Origin: Perkinsela sp. CCAP 1560/9
Taxonomy: Eukaryota; Protista; Euglenozoa: Kinetoplastea
Direction: 5' to 3'
Assembly (NCBI GenBank): GCA_965644495.1
Contig: CBFFSA010000018.1
Span: 124,001-188,000, forward strand
Length of the DNA: 64,000 nucleotides
Under the pieces are notes generated by a model. It was not told the DNA's origin and did no database searches. It worked only from the letters and a program-made list of their open reading frames with translations. Of the stretch, positions 22,709 through 34,794 are shown one piece after another (within the stretch, counting starts at the first letter, position 1; each line of letters opens with the position of its first letter). The translations under genes were made by a program, and so were the position numbers.

Positions 22709-24379
22709 TTACGTTGTATTATTAGAAGAAACACTGGCATGTGTAAGAGATTGTTTCTGCCGTAACCGGGAGTATTCCAACACCCATAGAAATTCCTGGT
22801 GGTAGTGCTCCACTACCCTTTGCGGGACTCTATCGGACATGAACTCAATTTTATACAGTTTGCGTTCGAAATCACTACTGTGGTGCCACAGTGGACCCCA
22901 TCCCATCCCCGAGAGCTCCCCAGAGTTTACCAGAAAGCGAAGGAATGCACGGTATTCATATTCATCGAAACGGTCTACAGTCATGGGGTGAAGTAGAGTG
23001 TCTTGGTGCACGTGGAAAGGGGTATACTCGTCGAGGGCAGTAAATCGACGGTCTTTGGTACGTTCGCTGAATGCCAAAGCGTGCCGGTTGGGTTTTCTCC
23101 AGTACGTAGTACAGGCTAGAATCGAGTGATTCGGCAACTGTCCTTCCGCGATCTCCATGGTGAGTTTGTTCAAACCTCGCACAAAGGCAAGGCGGCTACA
23201 TGGAATTCGCGGCATTTCCTTTACGTAAATGTCAATATCTGTACGATCTTCTTCAAAATTGGTAATGTTTCGAAGAAAATCCGGATGAGGATAACGAAAA
23301 TGACTGTCCATGGCCAGCAAGTTAATTCCGTCCACAATAATCAGCACCGGGCGATCCCGGATTGCCCGAATCTCATCCACTAGATATTTCGTTGCTATAC
23401 TTTGCCTCTCAATGGAGCCTGGGGCACTTCCGTGACACCCCCATATACACAAATCATACAAGCACCGCACCGGGGACTCCCCTCGTTCCAGTGGTAAGTC
23501 CCGCGGAGTGACTTGAAGCACACACTGACGCAGCACACTCCCATGCGCTCGAGCAAAGTACTGCAGCATCGGGCGTGAGGCATCCGGGACATCAAAAAAC
23601 CCCGGAAGGGTGAGGCTAGGCCAGGCGTACTCCCCATGCGACCACACCGCGGCGTCCGGAATGTACAGCGTCAGCACGTCATGGGCCCGGGCGTAATGCG
23701 TGGCCTGGGCGAGCAACGCACTCTTCCCCACCCCCGTGGGACCGTCCAGCACAATCCCGGCGCGCCCCCCTCGGAGCATACGCGCCACCTCGGGTTTCCT
23801 CTGCGCCACCTTCTCGACGTACAGCCTCAGCGCGTGGGACTGCTTGCGGTAGAGAAACCCCCGGGGGTGGCCGGGGACGAACAGCTGAGCGAGTCTCCCC
23901 CCCACCCCCTCGGGGAAGTAACCCCGGAGGTCATCGTTGGAGATGCAGTACATGGTGTTAAGGTGATGGTGCGAGAGCTCCCGCGGAGGGATCTCCCGGG
24001 GGTGGTCGTACAATGGGGCCTCGTAGGTGAGACCCCCCGGGGGAGCAGCACGGGTACCGTCCTTGTGTGACGACGACACGGCGTGTCGTACAATCCCTTG
24101 GTGACGGTACATCATGGGGTGTCCCTCACACGCCTCCGTGTAGCTCTTTGGAGTTTCCATCCGTGCTGTGTTGGGATTATACCGGTGGAAAGGCTGGTAG
24201 GGGAGGTACTTGGAGGAGGCTCTCGCGACGGAGGTACGTAGAGGAAAGGAGATTTTCGCCTCGGCCCCTGTCGTGCTTGTGGCTTGTGTTGCTCTGGAGT
24301 ATGCGAAGAGGGTACCGAAAGAGTGTGTAGCCGTCGTATGGACCGGGGGCTTGCACCCCACTGCGGTATATTTTGGCAT
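22709..24379 (-). CDS. DAP3: Mitochondrial ribosomal protein mS29 (DAP3-like)
   Basis: P-loop VLDGPTGVGKSALLAQATHYA..LYIPDA, PVLIIVDGIN, and a targeting-peptide-like N-terminus. Confidence 0.87.
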   Translation of the reverse strand: MPKYTAVGCKPPVHTTATHSFGTLFAYSRATQATSTTGAEAKISFPLRTSVARASSKYLPYQPFHRYNPNTARMETPKSYTEACEGHPMMYRHQGIVRHAVSSSHKDGTRAAPPGGLTYEAPLYDHPREIPPRELSHHHLNTMYCISNDDLRGYFPEGVGGRLAQLFVPGHPRGFLYRKQSHALRLYVEKVAQRKPEVARMLRGGRAGIVLDGPTGVGKSALLAQATHYARAHDVLTLYIPDAAVWSHGEYAWPSLTLPGFFDVPDASRPMLQYFARAHGSVLRQCVLQVTPRDLPLERGESPVRCLYDLCIWGCHGSAPGSIERQSIATKYLVDEIRAIRDRPVLIIVDGINLLAMDSHFRYPHPDFLRNITNFEEDRTDIDIYVKEMPRIPCSRLAFVRGLNKLTMEIAEGQLPNHSILACTTYWRKPNRHALAFSERTKDRRFTALDEYTPFHVHQDTLLHPMTVDRFDEYEYRAFLRFLVNSGELSGMGWGPLWHHSSDFERKLYKIEFMSDRVPQRVVEHYHQEFLWVLEYSRLRQKQSLTHASVSSNNTT

Positions 24380-24595
24380 TGAAATGCGATACTTACGGTA
24401 ATAGGGTAATATGCTTTTAAAGGATGTTTTCGCCTTCTATGTAAATTGTTTATCTCTTTACATTCATACCCTCTTTATAAGCTTGGACCGTTTAGATCGG
24501 AAAAGGTATAAAATAAAAGGGGGGAGATTCCAAAAGTTTTATCCTTCGTAAAAGCGTACAGCTGTGTTCTTCAACAAGCTACAGGGGAGAGATTA

Positions 24596-24656
24596 AGTTG
24601 TGTCAACAAAAGTCGTGTTAATCCCGGAAATTAACACGACTTTTGATGACACAACT
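24596..24656. repeat. 27-bp-arm inverted repeat
   Basis: AGTTGTGTCAACAAAAGTCGTGTTAAT-cccggaa-ATTAACACGACTTTTGATGACACAACT. Confidence 0.8.
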
Positions 24657-24946
24657 GCAACTTGCTCTCCAATCCCCCCAAATTAGAGTTCCGGGTACGT
24701 CTCTACTTCGTTGATTAATCAACGAATCCTATGAGAGGATCTCAGTTCCCCACGAGGCGCATAACAGAATCTACTCCTTTTCTACACCTTTTTATTGTTC
24801 GAACACGATTTCTTCTGCGTCATAGTCGTACAAGTCACCAAATTCATAAAAGAAGCAATTTTTTCGAAAAAACCTACGAAATTTTGTACTTTGAAAATTC
24901 AAGTTTGGTCAAAGGGAACCGGTTTTGCGCCAAAAAAAAATATCTA

Positions 24947-25488
24947 AAGGGGGGGCTCGTTTATTGTTAACAATAATCGAACTTTTACCCCCCAATGTTA
25001 ACATTGTACGAGCTGCAATGAGAGTTCGAATATTGTTAACAATGAGGAGTATTTGGGCACTCTCTGGAGGTCGCTGAAGGTTCTGGCAATCGCCGGAGCT
25101 ACTAACGACTTTCCAATGACACCTCTTTAGGGAACTACGCAGTTTTCAATTGCCATACAGTTTCATCCAAAACTGAGTTATGCGAATCGAAGTACGATGT
25201 CGGGTGAGGTACCGTTTACTTGCCTTCTCGACGTTTTATCTCTGGAGACTGCCATCGTCGAGCGACTGAAAGTCTGTTGTTTGAATAACATTGTTTCGCA
25301 TATCGTTAGGCGCATCATTTTCCCTATCATGAGCGCTATAAAACATGACCATAAGGAACAAAAAACTTCATAAGCCACACGAAAAAACCGAAATTAATTC
25401 ATTGTTAACAATAATCGAATGTTAACAATAAATGAATTTATTGATTGTTAACAATAATCGAAAGTGAACAATAAACGAGCTCCCCCTT
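24947..25488. mobile_element. MITE with TTGTTAACAAT subterminal repeats, nested within a larger inverted-repeat element (~24910-25840)
   Basis: TA|AAGGGGGGGCTCGTTTATTGTT ... AACAATAAACGAGCTCCCCCTT|TA. Outer IR: AAGGGAACCGGTTTTGCGCCAAAA / TTTTGGCGCAAAACCGGTTCCCTT. Confidence 0.8.
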
Positions 25489-26109
25489 TAAAAAATTGCC
25501 AAGAAGTCTTACTTTTTCCTCTTCTTTTCTCATCACTAATTGAATGTTCTACTTTACTCATGGCTCAAGGCTTTTAGCACACTCTACACGTTGGTATACA
25601 AGCTTGTGGTCCAATAGCCATTGAATAATGTCCGTTTCGCTTATCGCTGCCAAGACTGTGTATGACCAGTTGTCGGTACAAGAAAAATCAGTGCAATGCC
25701 GGCAATTTATGTCCAAAGTAGCCAAAAAGGTGGAAAAGTATCAGATAAACTGATGTATTTGCTTCAAAATGACTCTTTAGAATAATTATGACTCTTTTTC
25801 GAAAAAATATATCTTTTGGCGCAAAACCGGTTCCCTTTCACCTCAAGTTTTTTTAGAATATTTTACAAACTTTAAAAATGCGGGAAACGCATTATCACAT
25901 GATAAGTAACTTTGCGAGAGCTCTCGAATGCGGTTCTACTTTCCAAAAATTTAACGAATTTTTCATTTTTTAGACCCTCCCCATATTTTCGTTCACCCCC
26001 CTGTATAAAAAAGTTATTGCGGGGGTTGTATAACTACCGCTCTACACTCGATTATTGAAAAAACAGTGAACAAAAACAGTGAAAATATAAAGAGAAACAC
26101 AGTAATATA

Positions 26110-26370
26110 CTGTGATCTCCCCCTTTATACTTCGCTGGTCAGACCCCCCCTTTATACTTCGTTTTTTGTGTGCCCCCCCGAAGGGGGGAGGATTTTTTTA
26201 AAATTTTCGTATTTTTTCAAAATTTTTAGAAAAAAACAAGAACGTTCAAATTCTTCCCTTCTAGAAATGGAAGGTGATATAAAAAGAAAGACAGCGGGGA
26301 AAAAATTTACCACCGCCCTCTATACTTCGTTACTGCTCAAAATGGGCGAAGTATAAAGGAGGTGTCACAG
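26110..26370. mobile_element. MITE (CTGTG termini)
   Basis: TA|CTGTGATCTCCCCCTTTATACTTCG ... CGAAGTATAAAGGAGGTGTCACAG|TA. Confidence 0.85.
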
Positions 26371-26375
26371 TAATA

Positions 26376-26678
26376 AACCATGTTCCAGGATAGTATACCT
26401 AGTAGGTATACTAAGTGGGTACGGTAAACTAAGTGGGTACGGTATACTAAATTTTGTCTAAAAAGCAAAAAAAAAATTTTGCGTCGCTTCGCGGCGCGTT
26501 CCTTATCTGTAATTGCTAGAACAATGGTGTTTTGACCTTAAAATGCGATTTCTTACCGTGTGATTGTTAGAAAAGTTGCTCTGTCGCTTCTAAAAAAGGG
26601 ACTTCTCCCGCTCCTTTTGTTGGGAGGGGGGGGTAGGTGTACTAAGTGGGCATGGGTATGCTATCCTGGAACATGGTT
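26376..26678. mobile_element. MITE (AACC termini)
   Basis: TA|AACCATGTTCCAGGATAG ... CTATCCTGGAACATGGTT|TA. Confidence 0.88.
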
Positions 26679-28523
26679 TAGAAGAAAAAAATATAAAAGG
26701 GGGCTCCGGTGGTCCAAAATTGAAAAACAAAATTGAAAAAAATGGGGGGACCATGGGGGGTTCCATGGAGGGGTCCAGGAGGGGGGCATGGTCGAGCAAA
26801 TTTTTTTGAAAAAAATATTTTCCGAAAAAAACTCTCAGAAGGGGTAGCCGGGGTCTTGGCGCGTATTTTCCACCCCACCGTATTTTCCACCCTACCTGGG
26901 GGTGACCCCCCCTCGTATGCGCAGGACGGGTCCGCCAAGTTCGGATTTTTTCGGAATTTGTTTTTGAAAAAAAATTCAACTTGGCGAAAAAAATGGCAAA
27001 AAAAATATTTTTTCAAAATCCTTTGCCCTATTGTATTTTGATAGTTTGGGACGTATACTAGGTTTCCGCACCGTTGTTTTCGCAAGATATCCCTTCTTGG
27101 AGCCGTGGTAGGCCTCCCAAAATGACCCATTTTTGACTAAAAAAGGGTGAAAAAGTATTTTTCGGACCCCAAGGGGCCTTTTTGTGTCGAAAGAACGGTG
27201 TGGTTGGAGTCGCATTCTCTACCCAATACTTTGGGTAGGCGTTGCTTCATCCCTACGCGTCATTTCCCACACGCAAATATCAAATTTGGGACCTAAACTA
27301 CCTTTCTACGACGTTGTTTTCGCAAAGTATTCATTCTTCGAGCCGTGGCATGCTCCCCAAAATGACCAATTTTTGACTAAAAAACGTGAAAAAGTATTTT
27401 TCGGACCCAAAGGGCCCTTTTTGTGTCGAAAGAATGGTGTGGTTGAAGTCGTATTCTCTACCCAATACGTTCGGCAGGCTTTCATTCATGCCTACGAGTG
27501 ATTTCCCACGCGCAAATGTCGGATTTCGTGCTCTGAGAGCAAAAATACCCAAAAATGACCCCATTTTTTTCCCGAAAATCGGCTATTTTTGGCTATAATC
27601 TTTCCGTTTTCTTCAGCTTTCCAGACCAAATTTTATTTTTTAGGCTCTTCGTTAAACGCGGTGGTAGTTTTCAACGCGAAGCGCGCAGCATGAGTGACTT
27701 CTAAGTTGAAAACAACCACCGCGTTTAACGAAGAGCCTAAAAAAGAAAATACGGGGAATTCACTGCATACCGTCACCCCCCCCTCACTTGTCCTCCTAGG
27801 TGACATATCCTCTTTTTACGATTGATGAGAGGATATGTCACCTAGTACGAAGACCCCACGTAGATCATAACTCTATGGAGCATTTTTCGTTTGTTTTCCT
27901 TACTATTTATCGCGTTTTTTCACTTCTATGATTTTTACTGGTGATATTTTTAACCTCTACTGGTAATTTTTGCTGGTAAACACTTTTTTATTCAAACAAC
28001 TTACCATACCTGTGACCTCGTATATACCATACCGGGCGGGGGGGTATGCCAAACCGGACCCCCGTTTAACTCTTTCTTTAGTATAGCAGGCCGAGAGTAA
28101 CTAATAGAAAAAATATTCACACTCGAAGTCGGTACTAGGTGACTTGTCCTCCTAGGTGACATATCCGCTTTTGGCCGTTTTGTTCCACTTTTGCAAGGAT
28201 ATGTGAGGGGCCGGGAGGGTGACGGTACATGTAGTAATACTACAATACTACAATACTACATTATGGAGCGTGACCATTGTTCAGTTGCTGCAGGACTCCG
28301 CATGTGGCTAGCAGTTCAAAGTCAGGCTAAGCCATCCCACCGACTCATTTTATATGACCGCTTGATTCGTGCTTTGCGGGTAGAGCACGTGATTATAGGA
28401 ATACTATCTCCGCTGATAGAGTGGTTGTCAATGCACATTCGAAATATCCGAAACCTACGGGAGATTTGTCTCCCCCTTTTGTGCTAATTGTCAGGCGACG
28501 TAAGCGGCAACTCCTAATACAAA

Positions 28524-28997
28524 GTGATCGATGAGGTGAATAAATGGTGTTGTGGTGACCATCAAAACGATGAAGTAGAAACTATCCGTCTATATAACGA
28601 CAAAAGCCCTTTTCAATCATTTTGGTCGGATCTTGTGACCCGACATACGTTTCCCCTTCTGTCACACGTTGCTCGAAAATTGTCGGTCGCAGTTACTTCT
28701 GAAGCAGCCTGTGAGCGCATATTTAGCTCAGTAGGCTTTGTGCACTCTGATCTTCGCTCAAGACTGAAGCCTGAACTTGTTGAGGCTGAAACTGCCATTC
28801 GATGTCGTGTAAAGCAACCTGTAGACGTCACAAATTGTGATGTGAGCAATTCTTCTACTATTTCTGAAGAACAGCCAGCTTCTATTGACAATTGCCGCTT
28901 TGAAGACTTTATCAGTCACGATATGCTATCTACGAACGAGTTGCTTCTTGTAGAGTCACTCTTTGACGCTGGAGACCTCTGCGGAAATTCAAAATGA
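28524..28997 (+). pseudogene. hAT transposase remnant (C-terminal dimerisation domain)
   Basis: FW...FPLLSHVARKLSVAVTSEAACERIFSSVGFVHSDLRSRLKPELVE; the upstream part is missing or decayed. Confidence 0.85.
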
Positions 28998-29187
28998 TAC
29001 CGAGTTGTGCACCGAAATACGAGATACTTCGGTAAGCAGAAAAACCATTACCTTCAACAAGGCCTACTCTCCCCGACCCGAGCACCCAGATTGCACAGAT
29101 TTCCCACCCGAATTTCACAAAAAGTCGACCTCTAAAAATATAGGTACATAAAGCTTTAAAGGTAGTATAGGTACTTTATAGTAACTA

Positions 29188-29500
29188 AACCACTGTTCGG
29201 GTTAATATTCCTATACCCTTGTATTATTCCTACCAGGAATATTAAGTGTCCCAATGGTGCTTAATATTCCTACCCCCCCTCTCCCCGACACCTACCCTGT
29301 CTTTGCCCGAGATCCACAAAAATCATCCTTCAATATTCCCTTTTTTTGATGATTTTTTCATCAAAATAGTAAGCCCAACGCGCACACAGTCCCTAATGAG
29401 CCAAAAACCTTTTCTGCTATTTTTTTAATATTCCTATACCTCTTAATATTCCTATACCCTCTTAATATTCCTACCAGGAATATTAACCCGGACAGTGGTT
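29188..29500. mobile_element. MITE (AACC termini) with TAATATTCCTA repeats
   Basis: TA|AACCACTGTTCGGGTTAATATTCCT ... AGGAATATTAACCCGGACAGTGGTT|TA. Confidence 0.88.
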
Positions 29501-29522
29501 TATATTTATTTTTTCTAGTATA

Positions 29523-31018
29523 CAGTAACTAACAAAAGTGTTGAAAAGTTTTCACAAATTTTAATGTTTTTATATTTTACAAAAGAGATGCAGAGGATAA
29601 TGAAGTAGTATATTACAGTAGTGTAGGCTGGAGTAGTGCTTACATTCCCACGTACATAGACTTCATCAACGATCTTACTACAAAAAACTATGAAAGATAT
29701 AATGCGAGCCCAACACTTGAACACTTTTTTCACTTTTTTGAGATTTTTTTTTTGACCAAAACTTTGCCTTACTTCACCCTTACCAAACCAAAATGACCAA
29801 AACTTAATACTTCGTAAGTCCCCCCTTCGCCCTAATTACTGCCCTCAAACGACGGGGCATGCTACGGACAAGAGGAAGACATGCACTCGGAGGAAGGCCT
29901 GCCCACGCTTTTTGGGCGCGTTCCCAAAGTTCCAACATTCCTGCGGGAGGATCTGGATGATCCGCAGTTGACTTTTTGAGCTCGCCCCATAGGTGCTCTA
30001 TGGGATTTAAATCGGGAGACTGCGGGGGCCAGTCTAGGGCACACAATTCTTGTAAACGAGTTTTTCTATAACAAGCCTACATAGATCACTGGGTGTACTG
30101 CGCATAAAAAGTATAGTAAATGGAGTAAGATTTTCTTTATTTACTTTGCGTTTCATTGCACTATGCGCAGTACACCCAGTGATCTACGTAGGCTTGTTAT
30201 AGGAAAACTAAAGAACGGATTATCAATTCGGAAGGTATCGTCAGATCTACAATTGAGCGTAGGAAATGTAAGTAACATTAAGAAAAAGTACCTACCCAAC
30301 TTAGTTAACAAACCGAAAACAGGTCGCCCTCGCAAGCTTACAGAGACATGCTCCAATCGCGTCCGACGCCTCATCACCAGCGGTGCAACTAAGGATGCAG
30401 TCACGACCAGTAAACGGTTGAGAGATGAGGGGGTTGCAGATGTTTCACCCCAAACCATTCGGGTTTCCCTTCGGAAGCGTGGTTTGAAGGGGAAGAAGAA
30501 ATTACGGAACCCCCACCTTACGAAGCGTCACAAAGCTCTACGTCTTGCTTTTGCAAAGAAGTACGAGCATTGGACGAATGCCGACTGGAGCCGTGTGCTT
30601 TTCACTGATGAAAGTAAGATCTACCGTTTCGAGTCGAATGGCAGCCGGTGGGCGTGGGTGAGCCTTGGGGAAGCACTTTCAGAGCGAAATACACACAGCA
30701 CCGTGAAGTACGGTGGGGGATCCGTCATGGTATGGGGGTGTATGATGGCTCACGGCGTGGGCTCCATAAGGCAAAGTTTTGGTCAAAAAAATAATAATCT
30801 CAAAAAAGCGAAAAAAGTGTTCAAGTGTTGGGCTCGCATTATATCTTTCATAGTTTTTTATAGTAAGATCGTTGATGAAGTCTAAGTACGTGGGAATGTA
30901 AGCACTACTCCAGCCTACACTACTGTAATATACTACTTCATTATCCTCTGCATCTCTTTTGTAAAATATAAAAACATTAAAATTTGTGAAAACTTTTCAA
31001 CACTTTTGTTAGTTACCG
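29523..31018. mobile_element. Rearranged Tc1 element with ~250-bp inverted ends and transposase halves on opposite strands
   Basis: TA|CAGTAACTAACAAAAGTGTTG ... CAACACTTTTGTTAGTTACCG|TA. The N-half is on + at 30163-30766 (TGRPRKL, WSRVLFTDESK, VKYGGGSVMVWG) and the C-terminus on - at 29804-30046 (WPPQSPDLNPIEHLW). Confidence 0.9.
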
Positions 31019-31075
31019 TATATTTCTTTTTCTAGTATTTAAATTCTTTTATAATAATTCTTTGTCTAGTATATA

Positions 31076-32004
31076 CACCCCCGCCAAAAAGTATTGTAAT
31101 TTATTAGTATCGACCACGAATATTTGGTCGATACTAATAAATACAATATTTTTTGTCGATTTCCACGAGTTGCTACTGGCTTCCAAAAAGTTGGACTTTA
31201 TCATATGGGATCCTTGTAAACGTATAGTGAAGCACAAAAACAGGTCGAATGGAAATTAGCACCATGGAAATAGCACAAATTAGCACAATGAAAATAGCAC
31301 CATGGAATTAGTAATTCAATTATTTTGACTACTCAACGCTAAAGTAGTGCGAGAGAGGAACCATATTCCAAACCTGTTCAAATCTTGCCTTAGCCTTCCG
31401 CGACATTCCAAGTGTCTCTTTACGGCGGGCTTCTGATTTTTCGATGGCTTCCCTGCGTGCCTCAATTTCCTGCGCAGAAAGCTTCCGCGGCCTTCCGCGT
31501 TTCTTTTCAACTGAGGTTCCTTCATTGAGGTTTGGGGAATTGTTTTCTTCTTCGCTTTCAGATACGGTAACAACAATCTCGCTTGCATCAGAGGACTCTA
31601 GCAGAGATTTGAAGGAACCCAATCGCGTAGTGCGAGTACAAATTTCTCCAAAGAGGACACGAGGAATTTCCGTCACATCCCAAGATGCAGTTACTTGACG
31701 CGCACGGAGTTCATTCATTGCCTGGATAATAAAAAGTACCTTGTTTTCACGACAAATACGCTTCGACACGGCGGTCGCCTTTTTGACAGCAGTATCAATA
31801 GAATTACGGGCGAACAGACGAGACACATAGTCATTTTACAGAGCCTTCAGTGGCCGCGTATATCAGAACTCATTATGTAAATTTATGGAAAGTTCGAGAA
31901 AAAAACTAAAATTCTGGTCAAAACTCAAAAAAATGGTCGATACTAATAAATACAATACTTTTTGTGTCGGCCATTTTTGTGGACAATACTTTTTGGCGGG
32001 AGTG
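31076..32004. mobile_element. Non-autonomous Tc1-type element carrying a 165-aa AT-hook ORF (31329-31826, minus)
   Basis: TA|CACCCCCGCCAAAAAGTATTGT ... ACAATACTTTTTGGCGGGAGTG|TA. The ORF contains KKRGRPRK and no DDE motifs. Confidence 0.8.
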
Positions 32005-32280
32005 TACACTAGCAATCAGATATAAGTCCCCCCCCTCGAAAATTGAAAAAAAGGTCTGTTTTTTATCATCTTTTTTTTGAACGTGTAGAGAATTTTACAT
32101 AGGTGCGTTTCCCGCTGTTTAAACTGGTTTTTCTCGACACATTAGGATCGAATTATTTTTTGAAAAAAAGAGCCGAACAAATGATTTTTTTACAAAAATG
32201 ATCCATTTTTTGATATATTTACCGGGTAAAACCCAATAAATACAATCACTGCAGGAATAGAAGATTACACAAAGACAAGC

Positions 32281-32990
32281 TTAATATCCAATATGCCATC
32301 CCCCGTTCTCCAACACCTTGTTCATACTTTTTAAATACTCTGGACACATTTTTTTTCCATCGTACATTTTTACCCATTTTCGTACCGTTTTTTTATTAAT
32401 TTTATATTTTTTATAGATGGAAGTGGTGGAAGCACCGCGTTTTCGTTCAAAAACAAACGAAATGCGCATTGCCAGCGTCGTACACTCCGAGTTTAGGTAA
32501 CTCGGCCTGTGGTTCCTCACCATGGGTATAAAAAGGGTAGTGTCAATGAGAAAAAAAGGGAAAATTTGACTGTACATTGGAAAATCTCATTTTTGAACAG
32601 TATTTCGAGTGCCAAAAGCGTATATTAAGTTCTTACAAAAAAAGAAGACCGGCAAAGATAGGCTAGGGATCGAGATCTCTCGTTTGCCGCTGGAATTAGG
32701 TCAAACGGACGAGCGACCGAAAAATAAAGGGGGGGTACTTATAGCTGAACGACAGTGTATAAACTACATATATAAAGTTATTCGGACCCCTGTTTGGAAC
32801 ATAGACCAGACGTTTTCTATGGGGGAAAGGTCTGGTGAATTGGGGGGGGGCAATTTTTCAATACATCTTTCGTTCTATTTGTAATATACTCCTTAGAGGT
32901 ATGGGCGGTGTGTGCCGTAGCCCCATCTTGTTGAAAAATAAAATTCTGGGGGAAAGGTACCTTTTTCAGCGTGTCTATGTAGGACATGCT
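32281..32990 (-). pseudogene. Scrambled Tc1 transposase fragments
   Basis: HTH-like SIYKKYKINKKTVRKWVKMY (32281-32523) and PPNSPDLSPIENVWSM on the minus strand at ~32797-32848. Confidence 0.65.
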
Positions 32991-33022
32991 TGTGATAGAC
33001 GAGTCAGAGCCCAGAATAACTA

Positions 33023-34635
33023 AACCCCCCCGCGCACATTAGTTACATAGGATTTTGGAAACTAATAGGTGATATGTAACTAGTAAGTGATTTTTCAAAG
33101 CGTCGAATTCCAACTTTATTAGTTACGAGTAAAAGTTTTCACAGAAGAAGTTTTAACGATACCTTGTCCATCCGCTCTTGCTTTAAATGTGCAATTTAAA
33201 CGGTAATCAGCATTTAGCAATATAAATATCACAATTCTGGACATCTGTTTTAGTTTGGGTCCAGGTTTCTCTCTCTTTGCAGAATTCCGCTTCATTTATG
33301 AATTTTGCAGTTTCTCTTCAGCACTCGTTTGGTGATTCATCGATCATTTCGAATATTGTTTCGTCGTCACTTTCAATTCGTATAATTCGCATGGTTGTGG
33401 GTGTTAGTTAGTTAGTATTACGTCCGTTTGGCCAACCAAGGGCTATGGACGCCTAAGAGCAAGCTGAGGAACCTTCCGCTCCGTCCCCGCGAGAGCGAAT
33501 CATTGCTGTTGAACGGTCAGGCGTGCGGTCGTGAATCTTAAAAGGGGGGTATAAAAAGGGGGGGTGATCAGCCCCCCTTTGGTTGTGGGTGTGGTGTGGG
33601 TTACGTGTGGGTGTGCAAAGGTAGTTTCTTTTCAATTCGTATTATTGGTTCCCAAATCCTCGGGTTACTCAGAGGCTAAGGCTGTTATCTCTTGGCGAAG
33701 AGAAGAATAAAATATGAAAATACGAATTTCCAAGAGGGAAGAAGTTCCAAGCAAAAAAAGAATTTTCGAATTAATTACTCCACGTAACTGATAAGTGATT
33801 CGCAACTAATAAGTGATTTTTATCGTTTTATGTAACTAATAAGTGATACGTAACTACGTACCTTATTGGTACTTGGCGAAGAGAAGAATAAAATATGAAA
33901 ATACGAATTTCCAAGAGGGAAGAAGTTCCAAGCAAAAAAAAGAATTTTCGAATTAATTACTCCACGTAACTGATAAGTGATTCGCAACTAATAAGTGATT
34001 TTTATCGTTTTATGTAACTAATAAGTGATACGTAACTACGTACCTTGTTGGTACTTTTTCCTTAGTTAATCCTTTCTTTCCCCGGCAACGGGCATACTCT
34101 TACTGTATTTTTATGCCCGTTGCCGGTCGGTACTAAGGCCGGAACTGTCCCTCTCTATTGTTGAAGCAGGGGACGCGCTTCCACCCCTTCATCCCTTCCC
34201 GACTCACTCCCCTGGAGTGAGTGTGCTTCCCTCTCTCGGCTTCCCCTTCTCTCGCAGTTACCTTTCCGAAGAGGCCATGCGTCACGGTGGCCTCCCTTGA
34301 GGACCACTAGGCGTGTCCTCCGCCGACGAGACTCCCGGCTCTCCGCACCTGGGGGTCGCCCAGCTCTCTGCACCTCGGCTCTGTCGCAGCTCTCTGCACC
34401 CGGATTGCCCCCGAAACTGTAATATGGGGATCCGGCTCTCTGCACCTGCACATGACAACCGAGCTCTCTGCACCTGGGACTCCAGCTCTCTGCACCCGCA
34501 CACCTCCGGCGAGGGCGAACCCTCACTTGATCCACCCGTCGTATGCGGGCACGGACTTTGTGAGCATAATCCCTGCACTATAAGTGCATGAACGAACAAT
34601 AATAAGTGATGTAACTAATGTGCGCGGGGGGGTTT
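33023..34635. mobile_element. Non-autonomous element (AACC termini) with a 181-bp tandem duplication and GCTCTCTGCACC repeats
   Basis: TA|AACCCCCCCGCGCACATTAGTTACAT ... ATGTAACTAATGTGCGCGGGGGGGTT. Duplication at 33691-33871 / 33872-34053; five GCTCTCTGCACC motifs at 34360-34500. Confidence 0.82.
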
Positions 34636-34794
34636 TAAGTGTTTCCACCCTACTCCTATGGCACCCCAAACTTGGCATCTCGGCGCCATGGAAGCAGATT
34701 GGGGTGGTTCCCCAAGGAAATAGATTAGGGTGGTTCCCCATGGAAATCACAGTAATGCTTGACTAAATGAGGGAAACAATAGTTTTGGAGAAAA

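Larger units (their letters stand above)
26016..27739 (+). mobile_element. Family A copy with two nested MITEs and an internal ~240-bp tandem duplication
   Basis: ATTGCGGGGGTTGTATAACTACCGC start, 99-bp hairpin at 27641-27739, and a duplicated block at ~27045-27280 / 27285-27520. Confidence 0.88.
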
